A stretch of DNA of 64,000 nucleotides from Opitutales bacterium. Lineage in GTDB: Bacteria; Verrucomicrobiota; Verrucomicrobiia; Opitutales; Opitutaceae. Position numbers and translations under genes: made by a program. Within the stretch, counting starts at the first letter, position 1. Each line of letters opens with the position of its first letter. Where the stretch lies: the NCBI GenBank assembly GCA_964229935.1, contig CAXRGI010000293.1:11385-75384 (forward strand). The letters are read 5' to 3'. This document shows positions 43,031 to 52,460 of this stretch, one piece after another. The notes beneath the pieces are model-generated. The model was not told the origin of the DNA. It worked only from the letters and a program-made list of their open reading frames with translations, and ran no database searches.

Positions 43031-44137
43031 TCAGGGCAGCAGATACACCTCGACGAGGGCCACGCCCGTCGTGCTGCCGGCCCCGGCAACCCGGCAGGTG
43101 TAGGCGCCCGGCTCGAGGGTGAGAACGAGCGCGCTGTCCCGGCTGCCGGCGGCCAGCGCGAACGCACCCGTCTCGACCCCGGCGGTGGCGATCGCCGCAC
43201 CGTTCGCCTGTTCCTGCCAGTTGTCGTTCGTCGCGATGGCGCTTGAACCGCGGAAGACGGTGAGCACGGGGTCCGCGAGCGTCCCGGCGACGCCGAAGGC
43301 GGCCAACCCCGGCCCCACCGCGCGAACCAGCACACGGCGCGGGGCGGCGCCGCTGATGACGAGACCGGGGATGAGCACATTGTCCCCCGACCCCACGAAC
43401 GCGCGCGTGGAAAGGTTGGCCAGCTGGCCCGCGGCGCTTCCCGACGCCGGCGCCGCGCCTGCAAGGATCTCCACCGGCAACTGGCTCACATCGAGATCCG
43501 GCGCGGTGTTCCATCGCTTAACCCATCCGGGTGGCGCCGCGACCGTGGTCCGAAGAACCACGGTGTTGTCGAGGTCGAGATCCGACGTCCAGATGAACTT
43601 CGCCCCGGTGAAAGCCTCGGCCGCGTAGTCGCCGTCCGGCCGGACCCGTTCGGCGGTGTACTCCGTGGCCCGTTCCCAGCCGCTGTCGTCAAACCCCGGC
43701 AGGTGCCAGCCGGCCGGGAGAGCGGCGCGCTCGACGGTGGGGCGATTGACGTCACGGTTGGCCGGGGCGCGGAAGAAGCATTTCGCCTTCCAGGAGCCAC
43801 TGGTCACCGTGCCGTCGCCCAGCCGCAGGATGAAGCCGGCGTCGCCGATGCGATTCCCGTACTCAAGACCCCCGGAGGGGGTAGCGTTGTCCTTGGCCAG
43901 CACCGCGATCGTCAGCGGGTACTCCGGCAGGATCCGCACGGAAATCTGATTGTGCGGGATGAAGTCGATCGCGTCGACGGCGACCAGCTTGCCGTTGACG
44001 AAAATCGCGCACCAGTTGTCCGCGAAGGCATTGAGCGTGATGGTGTCGGCGATCACCGGCTTCACCTGCGCGGGCAAGGTACCAGCGGTGGCCGCCAGCA
44101 AAGCGAGCCACGGGAAAATCGGCGGGGGCGATCTCAC
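43031..44137 (-). CDS. secreted protein: unnamed 'ADNW' domain + one LxNxSxR repeat domain
   Basis: Signal peptide; N-terminal part is a close paralog of 62564-63292 (ADNW..NGKLVAVD..DFIPHN..PEYP.TIAV.AKDNA..IGD.GF..FDDSGWE.ATEY..FIWT.DLDLDN); C-terminal LANLSTR...ALVEVY. Confidence 0.85.
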   Translation of the reverse strand: MRSPPPIFPWLALLAATAGTLPAQVKPVIADTITLNAFADNWCAIFVNGKLVAVDAIDFIPHNQISVRILPEYPLTIAVLAKDNATPSGGLEYGNRIGDAGFILRLGDGTVTSGSWKAKCFFRAPANRDVNRPTVERAALPAGWHLPGFDDSGWERATEYTAERVRPDGDYAAEAFTGAKFIWTSDLDLDNTVVLRTTVAAPPGWVKRWNTAPDLDVSQLPVEILAGAAPASGSAAGQLANLSTRAFVGSGDNVLIPGLVISGAAPRRVLVRAVGPGLAAFGVAGTLADPVLTVFRGSSAIATNDNWQEQANGAAIATAGVETGAFALAAGSRDSALVLTLEPGAYTCRVAGAGSTTGVALVEVYLLP

Positions 44138-44772
44138 GCCGCGGCTCTCCCCGGGACCGGCGGCACTCCCTCGTGGGCCGCGCGCACGCTCACACGCAGG
44201 ACCAGGCGCAGGCGATGGATTCGCACCTTGAGCGCGTTCAGGCTGACGCCCTCGCGGGCGGCGATGGCGCCGTAACTTTCACCATCGATCAACTGGCGCA
44301 CGACGCGGCGCTCGCGCGGGCCGAACTGCCGGAGGGCAACCTCGAGCGCCTCGAGGATCTCGCGGTGCCGGGCGGGCTGCCGGTCGTCCGGGAGGGAGAC
44401 CAGCGTGGCCTCGTCCGCCGTGCCCACGGGCCGGCAACGCGCGCGCCGCAAGTGGTCGAGCGCGGAGTTGCGGGCGAGCGTGAACAGCCACGTCTCGAAC
44501 CGCTCGGGCTCACGCAGCCCGCGGATGCGTCGCACCATCTTGATCCAGACCGCCTGCAGGAGGTCCTCGACCTCGTGCGAGTGAGGGACACGGGGTCGCA
44601 GGAATCCCGCGACGCGGACGCGGTAGCGCCGGATGAGTTCGGCCTGCGCCGCGGCCTCGCCCAGACGGGCGCGCCGTACCAGAGCGAGGAGTTCGTGGTC
44701 GGGCTCCGGCGCGGGCGAAACCGCGGAAGCCGCGAACGGGCTGTTTCCCAATCCTTTGGCCAGGGTGTACAT
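44134..44772 (-). CDS. ECF RNA polymerase sigma factor
   Basis: Region 2 EDLLQ.VWIK...FETWLFTLARN..LDHLRR; region 4 SYGAIA...LKVRIHRLR. Confidence 0.85.
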   Translation of the reverse strand: MYTLAKGLGNSPFAASAVSPAPEPDHELLALVRRARLGEAAAQAELIRRYRVRVAGFLRPRVPHSHEVEDLLQAVWIKMVRRIRGLREPERFETWLFTLARNSALDHLRRARCRPVGTADEATLVSLPDDRQPARHREILEALEVALRQFGPRERRVVRQLIDGESYGAIAAREGVSLNALKVRIHRLRLVLRVSVRAAHEGVPPVPGRAAA

Positions 44773-44774
44773 GT

Positions 44775-47700
44775 TCAGGGCACGTCGTAGAGTTCCAGCA
44801 GAGCCACCCCGGTGGAGCCGCCGACGCCGCTCACTTGGGCGGTGTAGGCTCCGGGTTCGAAGATCATCAGCACGGCGGCGTCCTTGGAGTTGGCGCCGAG
44901 CGCGAAGGAGCCGGCCTGCGCGGCGGCCGCGGCCACCGCCGCCCCGCCGCCGGACGCGTTCCAATCATCGTTCTGCTGGAGTGGAACCGTCCCGCCCTGC
45001 CGGTAGATCGCGAGCTGCGGATCCGCCAGGGCACCCGCCACTCCGAGCGCCGTCAGGGCGGGGCCCACGCCGCGGATCAGGAGCCTTTTGGGCTCCGGCC
45101 CGGAGACCACGAAGCCCGCGATCAGCACCTCGGCGCCAGTTCCGGCCCGGGTCCGCGCCGACAAATTCAGCAGCGGGGCCGCCCCGGCCACCGGCGCCAC
45201 ATCGTACGCCTCGATCAGCGCCACGCCCGTGGCGCCTTTCCCGGTGAGTTGCACGGTGTAGGCACCCGCCGCCGGCTGGACCAGCAGCGCCGCATCCCGG
45301 CTGCCCGCCGGGAGCGCGAAAGCTCCGGCCTGCGCGGCGACCGCCGGCAATCGCGCGCCGTCCACCCCGGTGCTCCAGTCATCGTTGGCACCCTGGGAGC
45401 CGCCGCCGGCCCGGAAGAGCGTGAGCACCGGATCGGCGAGGACGCCGCCCACCCCGAAGGCTCCCAGCGTGGGCCCGATGCCGCGCACCAGCAGCGACGG
45501 CGCCGTTCCCGGGCCGACATAGAAGCCGACGATCAGCGTCTCACTATCGGCGCCGGACACCGAACGGACGGAAATATTGGCGAGGCGGGCGGAGCCGAGC
45601 GTCAGCACGGCGTTGGCGGAGGTCGCCGTACCGGCGGCGTTCGTCACCGCCAGAGTATAGGTTCCCGCGTCGCCGGACTTCACGGCGGACAGCGTCAGGG
45701 CGGCGTTGGTGGCCCCGGAAATCGCCGTCCCGTTGCGGCGCCATTGATAAGTGAGCGGACCATCGCCGGAGGCCGCCGCGCCGAGGGTGACATTCGTGCC
45801 CGCGGTCGCGGTCTGAAACGGCCGGGGCTGCTCGGTGATCACCGGGAGGGATGCGCGGGGGACGGAGCGCACCGCGAAAACCGGATAGGACGAAGTCATC
45901 AGCTCGTAACTGACGATCCCCTGCGCCCCACGCGGCGGGCCGGCGGCGGCGGGCACGCTGTTGTTGACCCCGAGCTCGAGGAGCCACGCGCTGGACGGCG
46001 TGCCGTTCGACCGCAGCACCGTCGAGGACCAATAGGCGGTGGCGGGCGTGGAGGCCGGAGGGAACAGCACCCGGTTCACGCTTGCCTGCGCGTTGTTGGC
46101 GGTCGTCGCCGACGCCAGGGTGTAGTCGGTCAAGGTCTGCAGCTCCTTGATGTTGGGCAGGCGCCAGTCGGAATAGCCGGCGAACACGAGGTTCTCGACG
46201 TGCGCGAGCGCGGCCGACCAGGTCATCGCGGAAGCCGGCACCTGGGTCCACATCAGGCCGGTGTCGGCGTCGGTGATCGTGCCATCGAGGTTATTGACGT
46301 AGTGGTGGGCGTTGGACGCCGGCGCGCCGCGCACGAAACGGGCGTGGTAGCGGAAGCGGCCGCCGGCCGAGAGGGTCTCGCCCTTGGGCTTCGGTCCCAG
46401 GCCACCGCCGGAGTTCACGCTCCAGACGCGGGCCGCGTCGGCGCCGTAGATGTCGCTGGTCCACCAGTACTCGGCGGCCCCGGCGGGATTCACTGGAAAA
46501 AACGCGGTGTTCATCGCGGCCGGATTGCCGTTGTTGAAGTTCATCAGGCTGAACAGCTCGGCGGGCGTGGGCAGACGCCAGTCGCTGTAGCCTCCCGTGC
46601 CGACGGCGGAGGCCCGCACCGCGGCGGCGTCCCACGTCATTTCCCCGGCGTCGACCTTCTGCCACATGAGCCCGGTGACGAGATCGGTGACGGTCCCGTC
46701 GCCATTGTCCCGGTACGAGGGGGCGTTGATCGTGTAATCCGAGTCCTCGCCGAACGCCGGTGTCGCGTCGAGGGTCTGGCCCGTGTCGGGCAGGCGGGCG
46801 AGGCCGGGGCTGGCCACCGGGTAGGCCGTGAGCCGGTTGTTTCCGCTGTTGTAGGTGGTGGTGGTTGGGCTAATGCCGGGCCGGCGCCAGGTGATCGTGA
46901 GCGTCTTGGGATTGGGGGTGCGGTTGATGCGCCAGCAGAGGTCGTAGGTCACGCCCGCGACCGTGTAGCGCATCAAGTATTCGTCGGGTGAAGGCGTGCC
47001 CGTCGCCGACTCGACCAGGTTGCCGGCCGCGTCGGCCTCGAGGGCCACCGGATTCCGGAAGCCGGTGATGCGGGCCCCGGTGATCGCCTGGGCGACGTAT
47101 CCCCCCGTGTTGTTCTGCCGGATGGCCTGCACGGTCGGCTGCCCGTCGACCTGGCCGCCGAAATTGATCACGTTGCCGCGGAACGCTGCGGGCAGATACG
47201 GGTTCTGCGGGCCGGTCGCCGCGCTGCCGATCGCGTGGTAGTGGTACTGCCACGGGCCGTGCTCGTGGCCGCCGTTGGCGTCCAGCGCCTGGCGGGGCGA
47301 TCCGTCGGGCTCGGTGTATCCGTATATAGGATAGCCGTCGAGCGCCCAGGCGACCGGCTTGTCGATGCCCAGCCGCGCCTGGAGATGCACGGGCGCTATA
47401 TGGTAGTGATAGTCGTCCGCGAGGCCGCAGTGCCCGCCGTAGAGGTCGAGTTCCCCGATCTCGTAAGAGAATACCCCGCGGTTGTTGCGCGGGTTGAAGA
47501 CGGCGATCCCGTCCGCGGCCACCGCGATGGCGCCCCGCTGGAAGTTTCCGGCCGAGATGGGGATGGGCGAGGCGGCGGGTGTCGGCACGAGCGGCAGGCG
47601 CCAGACGTTGGGCTTGCCGAAGCCGATCGAGCCCTGGTCGCGCTCGGGGTTCGTGGTCCCGGCGAAGTACGAGACCGGCAGGGGAACCTGCTGCTGCCAC

Positions 47701-48071
47701 GAGGTGATGCCCACCATCGGGGTGGGCATGAGCGCGGGGTCCGGCATGCCGTCACCCTCCACATAGAAGGTGGTGGCGTCGTAGTAGGCGCGCACGTGCG
47801 GCTTGAAGGGCGCGAAGGAAGCGGCCATCACCGCGCCGTAGCCGGCGGGCGCGACCGGGGAGGCGGCGGTGGAAACCTCGCCCGCGGAGGCGGCCGGCGC
47901 CAGCGCGGCCCGCTGCTCCGCGATCAGCTGCGCCATGAGCTCGGCGCGGGCGGCGGCCACGGCCGGACTCACCGGGGCCGGGTCATGCCACGAATGCGCG
48001 CCCAGCCGCGCGGTGGCCAGGAGCAGGCACGCGGCGGCGGTCGTGCGGGCGTTGATCCTAGGGGACTTCAT
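44775..48071 (-). CDS. large secreted protein: YHYH domain + 2x DUF1566 + Ig-like + 2x LxNxSxR repeat
   Basis: GGHCG..DDYHYH, ALDGYPIYG, YHYHA; LPDTGQ..GEDSDY, DNGDGTVTD.VTGLMW..DWRLP twice; TYQWRRNG...DAGTY; LANISVR and LLNLSAR. Confidence 0.88.
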   Translation of the reverse strand: MKSPRINARTTAAACLLLATARLGAHSWHDPAPVSPAVAAARAELMAQLIAEQRAALAPAASAGEVSTAASPVAPAGYGAVMAASFAPFKPHVRAYYDATTFYVEGDGMPDPALMPTPMVGITSWQQQVPLPVSYFAGTTNPERDQGSIGFGKPNVWRLPLVPTPAASPIPISAGNFQRGAIAVAADGIAVFNPRNNRGVFSYEIGELDLYGGHCGLADDYHYHIAPVHLQARLGIDKPVAWALDGYPIYGYTEPDGSPRQALDANGGHEHGPWQYHYHAIGSAATGPQNPYLPAAFRGNVINFGGQVDGQPTVQAIRQNNTGGYVAQAITGARITGFRNPVALEADAAGNLVESATGTPSPDEYLMRYTVAGVTYDLCWRINRTPNPKTLTITWRRPGISPTTTTYNSGNNRLTAYPVASPGLARLPDTGQTLDATPAFGEDSDYTINAPSYRDNGDGTVTDLVTGLMWQKVDAGEMTWDAAAVRASAVGTGGYSDWRLPTPAELFSLMNFNNGNPAAMNTAFFPVNPAGAAEYWWTSDIYGADAARVWSVNSGGGLGPKPKGETLSAGGRFRYHARFVRGAPASNAHHYVNNLDGTITDADTGLMWTQVPASAMTWSAALAHVENLVFAGYSDWRLPNIKELQTLTDYTLASATTANNAQASVNRVLFPPASTPATAYWSSTVLRSNGTPSSAWLLELGVNNSVPAAAGPPRGAQGIVSYELMTSSYPVFAVRSVPRASLPVITEQPRPFQTATAGTNVTLGAAASGDGPLTYQWRRNGTAISGATNAALTLSAVKSGDAGTYTLAVTNAAGTATSANAVLTLGSARLANISVRSVSGADSETLIVGFYVGPGTAPSLLVRGIGPTLGAFGVGGVLADPVLTLFRAGGGSQGANDDWSTGVDGARLPAVAAQAGAFALPAGSRDAALLVQPAAGAYTVQLTGKGATGVALIEAYDVAPVAGAAPLLNLSARTRAGTGAEVLIAGFVVSGPEPKRLLIRGVGPALTALGVAGALADPQLAIYRQGGTVPLQQNDDWNASGGGAAVAAAAAQAGSFALGANSKDAAVLMIFEPGAYTAQVSGVGGSTGVALLELYDVP

Positions 48072-50559
48072 AGATCTCGATCAGCGCCACGCCGGTGGAG
48101 TTACCCACGCCGCTGACCTGCGCGGTGTAGGCACCCGGCTCCAGCGTGACGAGCAGCGCGGCGTCCCGCGAATTGGGCGCCAGCGAGAAGGCTCCCACCT
48201 GCCCGGCCGCGAGGCCCACCTGCGGGGCGTTGGTCGCGGTGAGCCAGTTGTCGTTCTGGGCCATCGCCGAGGCGGAACCCTGACGGTAGAGGGAAAGCTG
48301 CGGATCGGCCAGCACACCGCCGACCCCGAACTGGGCGAGCGCCGGGCCGACTCCGCGGATGAGCACGCGCTTGGTGACGTTGCCGGCGACCACAAAACCC
48401 GCGATGAGTATGTCTCCCCCGGTGCCGACCTGCGAACGCGCGGAGATGTTGACCAACCGCGCGGTGTCCGCGGCCGCGGCGTTGTCGTAGGCCTCCATCA
48501 GGGCGATGCCGGTGGCCGCCGCCTTGCCCGTGATCTGCGCGGTGTACGGGCCGGGGGCGAGCGGCGTGAGCAACGCGGCGTCACGGGCGTTCGCCGTCAG
48601 GGCGAATGCCCCCGAACGCGCGGCCGCGGCGGAAATCTGCGTTGCGTTGGCGGCGGATCCCCAGTCGTCGTTGGCGGCAACCGCCGCGCCCGTCCCGGTC
48701 GTGAGGGTAAGCACCGGGTCGGCAAGCGCGCCGGTCACCCCGAATCCCGTCAGCGCGGGTCCGATTCCGCGAACGAGCAGCGGCAACGGCTGGCCCGGGC
48801 CGACCACGAAGCCGGCGATCAGGGTGCGGTCGCCGGTGCCGGCGCCGGAGCGGACGGAAAGGTTCACCAACCGGCTCGCCCCCAGCTCCAAGGAGACGGT
48901 GGTGGAGAGAACCGAACCCGCGGAGGTGGAGACGAGCACGGAGTAGGATCCCGCGTCGGCGGCCCTCATGCCGGGGATGGAGTGCTGGGCGGCGGTGGCG
49001 CCGGCGATGGCGACGCCGTCGCGGCGCCATTGGTAGGAGATCGGCAGCGTGCTGACCGCGGAAACCGAGAAGGTCGCCGTGGCGCCCGCGGCCACCGCGA
49101 GGTTGACCGGTTGCTGGGTGATCGTCGGTGCGGGCTGGGCCTCGACCATCGACCCGATGGTGTAGGTGTAGGAGACCATGCCGTTTTTGCGCTCCGCCGT
49201 CTCGTCGGCCGGGAGGAAGGCGCGCACATAGTCAACCTTCACCCCGGTGGGCGCGACGGTGACGCGGGCGTAACCCGAGTTCGGGACGCGATCGCCGGTC
49301 AGATAGGCGTCGGAGTTGAAGAGTGAGTAGTTCGGATCGGCCGGATTCGGCATCGCCTGATAGATCACACCATCGAGTTGCTGCCGGACCCAGATGTGGT
49401 CGTGCGCGCCGAAAAAGATGGTGACCTTGTTGTCGACGAAGAGCTGGTGGATGGTCTTGGGCCAGGTAGGCCGGCGGGCCGAGAAGCCCGGAGTGCCGTT
49501 CGCGTTGAGGCCGCCCCATTCGTAGCGGGTCGCCGGCTCGATGCCTCCGCGCCCGGTGCCCATGACGTGATGGGCGAACACGAACTTGAAGCGGGCCCGG
49601 CTGCCCTCGAGCGTCCGCTTCAGCCACTGGTACTGCGCTTCGCCGTGGGTCACGAGCCACGGGTCCGAGGTCTTCGGACCGCCGTAGAAATCGTTGTCGG
49701 CCACGACCGGCGAACCCCAGTAGGGGTCGATGCACACGAAAAGCGCGTCACCCCACGTCCACGCGAAGTAGTTCCGCAGGAGACCGATGTGCTCGATGAG
49801 CTCCGGATTGCCGCTGTAGAAGGCGTCGGGGGCGGGCTGCGGATAGAGGGAGTTGCGCGCGTTCTGCGCCCAGACGGCGACGTTGTTGGGCGTGCCGTCG
49901 AGCAGGTAGCGGGCGGCCTGCTCGTGGTTCCCGTTGACGAGGAAGACGGGGGTCGTGCGGCCGAGGATCCCAAGGTAGGGACGCTGGATCAGGTAGCGCT
50001 CGACGACCTGCGGCTGCGTGACGGCGCGCGGGTTCGCCTGGTTGATGGTGTCGACGCTGAAATCGTCGCCCAGCATCACGAAAAAATCCGCCGTGGCGCC
50101 CGCGACGTTCTGCATCGCCCTGGTGTAGAGGGCCGCATCGAACATCTGCCGCGCGCGCTCGGGATGGGAATCGCCCTGCACGCCGAAAACGAACGAGGCG
50201 CCCGGCGGACGGGCGGTCATGAACGAGAACTCGGAGCCGGCGTCGTAGCCGGCCGCCGCCGGGGCCTTGAATCGAATCCGGTAGAAATGGCGGGTGCCCG
50301 CCGCGAGCCCCTTCAGCTCGATCTCGCGCGGCTGGTTGGCGGGCAGGTCGACCGCCGCCGACTGCGCGTCGTACACCCCGGGGCGCGTCCCGTACTCCAG
50401 GTAGAGGGAGACGGCCGAGGGAGAGATGACATTGGCGGCCATCAGCGTGTCGGTCGGCCTTCCCAGCACGAGCGTGCCGGGAAACTCGGCCGAAGAGGCC
50501 CGTCCGGCGAGGAGAAGGCCGGCGAGGAGCGACGTCAGGCAGCGGAGCGCGCGGTTCAT
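48058..50559 (-). CDS. secreted calcineurin-like metallophosphoesterase + Ig-like + 2x LxNxSxR repeat
   Basis: LGRPT FN3-like N-domain; GDSH, LGDDF, GNHE, AHH, AHDH; SYQWRRDG; start set at MNRALR so that the regulatory box lies upstream. Confidence 0.87.
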   Translation of the reverse strand: MNRALRCLTSLLAGLLLAGRASSAEFPGTLVLGRPTDTLMAANVISPSAVSLYLEYGTRPGVYDAQSAAVDLPANQPREIELKGLAAGTRHFYRIRFKAPAAAGYDAGSEFSFMTARPPGASFVFGVQGDSHPERARQMFDAALYTRAMQNVAGATADFFVMLGDDFSVDTINQANPRAVTQPQVVERYLIQRPYLGILGRTTPVFLVNGNHEQAARYLLDGTPNNVAVWAQNARNSLYPQPAPDAFYSGNPELIEHIGLLRNYFAWTWGDALFVCIDPYWGSPVVADNDFYGGPKTSDPWLVTHGEAQYQWLKRTLEGSRARFKFVFAHHVMGTGRGGIEPATRYEWGGLNANGTPGFSARRPTWPKTIHQLFVDNKVTIFFGAHDHIWVRQQLDGVIYQAMPNPADPNYSLFNSDAYLTGDRVPNSGYARVTVAPTGVKVDYVRAFLPADETAERKNGMVSYTYTIGSMVEAQPAPTITQQPVNLAVAAGATATFSVSAVSTLPISYQWRRDGVAIAGATAAQHSIPGMRAADAGSYSVLVSTSAGSVLSTTVSLELGASRLVNLSVRSGAGTGDRTLIAGFVVGPGQPLPLLVRGIGPALTGFGVTGALADPVLTLTTGTGAAVAANDDWGSAANATQISAAAARSGAFALTANARDAALLTPLAPGPYTAQITGKAAATGIALMEAYDNAAAADTARLVNISARSQVGTGGDILIAGFVVAGNVTKRVLIRGVGPALAQFGVGGVLADPQLSLYRQGSASAMAQNDNWLTATNAPQVGLAAGQVGAFSLAPNSRDAALLVTLEPGAYTAQVSGVGNSTGVALIEIYEVP

Positions 50560-50612
50560 GGGACGACGCCTCGAGAGTAGGAGCGCCGCATGACGGCCAG
50601 CCCGGAGGGAGG

Positions 50613-50628
50613 ATGAAATTTCGTTCAT
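50613..50628 (-). promoter_or_regulatory. response-regulator-type box 1
   Basis: Transcribed strand ATGAACGAAATTTCAT, 19 nt, then TCAT (50593-50590). Confidence 0.75.
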
Positions 50629-50645
50629 GTTGCGCCCCGGTGCGC

Positions 50646-52445
50646 TCACCGGTACGCCGTGGCGGGGCGGAAGACCTGATGCAGCACCCCTCCGGAAGCG
50701 CCGCCCTCCATCATCCCGCCGCCGGTGAGGTGGATGAGGCCGTTGATGAAAGAACATCCGGTCACGCCGTGCACCGGTACCGGCATGGGCGGAAGCTTGA
50801 TCCACACATTGCGCGCCGGGTCGTAGACGTCGTGATCGGGGAAGACGCCCGTCGGCGTATCGTTGGTGCCCTCGCCGCCGAAGGCGTGGATGTAGCCGTG
50901 CGCCACCACCGCGTTCAGTCCGCCCCGGGGCCGGGGCATCGGCGCCCGCGTGCTCCACTGGTTGGCCACCGGGTCATAGACCTCCACCACGGCGGTCATC
51001 GCGCTCTCGAACCCCGACTCGAGCCGGCCGCCCATCACGTAGAACTTCCCGCCGAGGGCCACCGCGCCGACATGATTCCGCTGCGAGGGGAGATCGGGGA
51101 GCGTACGCCAGGAGTTGGCGGCGGGATCGTAAACCGCGAAATCGTTGCCGCGGGGCGGACGTCCGCCGGCCACGTAGATCTTGCCGTCGATCACCGCGCC
51201 CGCCCCGCCCCCGCGCGCGGTGGGCATGGGCGCGCGCGTGGACCACGTTCTCCGTGCCGGATCGTACTCGTAGACGGTGTTCACCCACGGACCGCTTCCG
51301 CCCGCGGAAGGCTGGCCGCCGATGACGTACAGGCGGCCGTTGACCGCCGCCGAGACCGTGTGGTTGAGCGCCACCGGCAGCGGCGCGCCCAGGGACCAGG
51401 AGTCCGTCGCGGTGTCGTACACCTGCACGGTCGGCACGCTCACGCGTGTCGCGGGATAGCCTCCGACGATGTAAATCCTTCCGTCCAGTTCCGCGACGGA
51501 CATCTCGGAGTTGGGCTCCAGCAGATTGGCCCGCGCGCTCCACTCCCCCTCCTTCAGCGTGACGGCGCCGGGCGGCACCACATAAAGCTCGACCAGGGCG
51601 GTGCCCGACGTGCCGCCGACCCCCGAGACCACCGCCGAGTAGGCGCCCGGCGAGACGGTTACCAGCATCGCCGCGTCGCGGCCGCCGGCCGTCAGGGCGA
51701 ACGCCCCGACCGCGGCCGCGGCATTGGCGAGTTCCGCCGCTTGCTCCGAGGCCGACCAATTGTCGTTGGTCCACAGAGCGCGCCCGTCGCGGTACAGCGT
51801 GATCGTGGGGTCGGCGAGCGCGCCCGCGACCCCGAACCCGGCGAGCGCGGGCCCGACGGCGCGGATGAGGAGCCTCATCGTGCCCGTGCCGCCCACGACA
51901 AAGCCCGGGATCAGCACGTTGTCACCCGTGCCCACGAAGGCGCGGGTCGAGGCGTTGACGATCGCCGGGCCGATGCCCGGAGCGGTGTCATAAACCTCCA
52001 CCAGCGCGACGCCCGAACCGGAGTCGGCGGCGAGGACCGGCGCCGAGTGGTCGCCGGAACGCAAGGAGGCGACCAAAGCGGCATCGCGGCTTCCGCCGGG
52101 AAAAGCGAAGGCTCCGACCCGCGCCATCACGGCCGCGTCGGCGGTGGTCCAGTTGTCGTTCTCCGCCAGCCGCGTGGATCCGCCGAACAACTCGACGCGC
52201 GGATCGGCGAGCGTGCCTGCGACGCCGAAGGCGCCCAGCCCCGGGCCCGCGGCGCGCACGAGCACCGGCTTGGAGCCCGCTCCGGCGAGCACGAAGCCGG
52301 GGATGGGCGTGCCGGCGGCGCCGCCCACCGGGGCGCGGGTCGCGATGTTGACGAGATACGCCCCCTGGGCGGCCGCGCCGGGGGCGAGGAGCAGCGCGGC
52401 GGCGGCCGGCAGCAGGGGATGAAGGAGGGCAGCGAGGATCTTCAT
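50646..52445 (-). CDS. secreted protein: 2x LxNxSxR repeat + six-bladed Kelch propeller
   Basis: Signal peptide; LVNIATR and IVNASTR; six IY..GG...YD....W Kelch repeats. Confidence 0.88.
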   Translation of the reverse strand: MKILAALLHPLLPAAAALLLAPGAAAQGAYLVNIATRAPVGGAAGTPIPGFVLAGAGSKPVLVRAAGPGLGAFGVAGTLADPRVELFGGSTRLAENDNWTTADAAVMARVGAFAFPGGSRDAALVASLRSGDHSAPVLAADSGSGVALVEVYDTAPGIGPAIVNASTRAFVGTGDNVLIPGFVVGGTGTMRLLIRAVGPALAGFGVAGALADPTITLYRDGRALWTNDNWSASEQAAELANAAAAVGAFALTAGGRDAAMLVTVSPGAYSAVVSGVGGTSGTALVELYVVPPGAVTLKEGEWSARANLLEPNSEMSVAELDGRIYIVGGYPATRVSVPTVQVYDTATDSWSLGAPLPVALNHTVSAAVNGRLYVIGGQPSAGGSGPWVNTVYEYDPARRTWSTRAPMPTARGGGAGAVIDGKIYVAGGRPPRGNDFAVYDPAANSWRTLPDLPSQRNHVGAVALGGKFYVMGGRLESGFESAMTAVVEVYDPVANQWSTRAPMPRPRGGLNAVVAHGYIHAFGGEGTNDTPTGVFPDHDVYDPARNVWIKLPPMPVPVHGVTGCSFINGLIHLTGGGMMEGGASGGVLHQVFRPATAYR

Positions 52446-52460
52446 GGGTGGGTGGAAATC

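Noticed and set aside
50560-50958. Longer N-terminus for the 48058 phosphoesterase
   Set aside because: It would overlap the Kelch gene and the conserved box; the signal peptide begins at 50559
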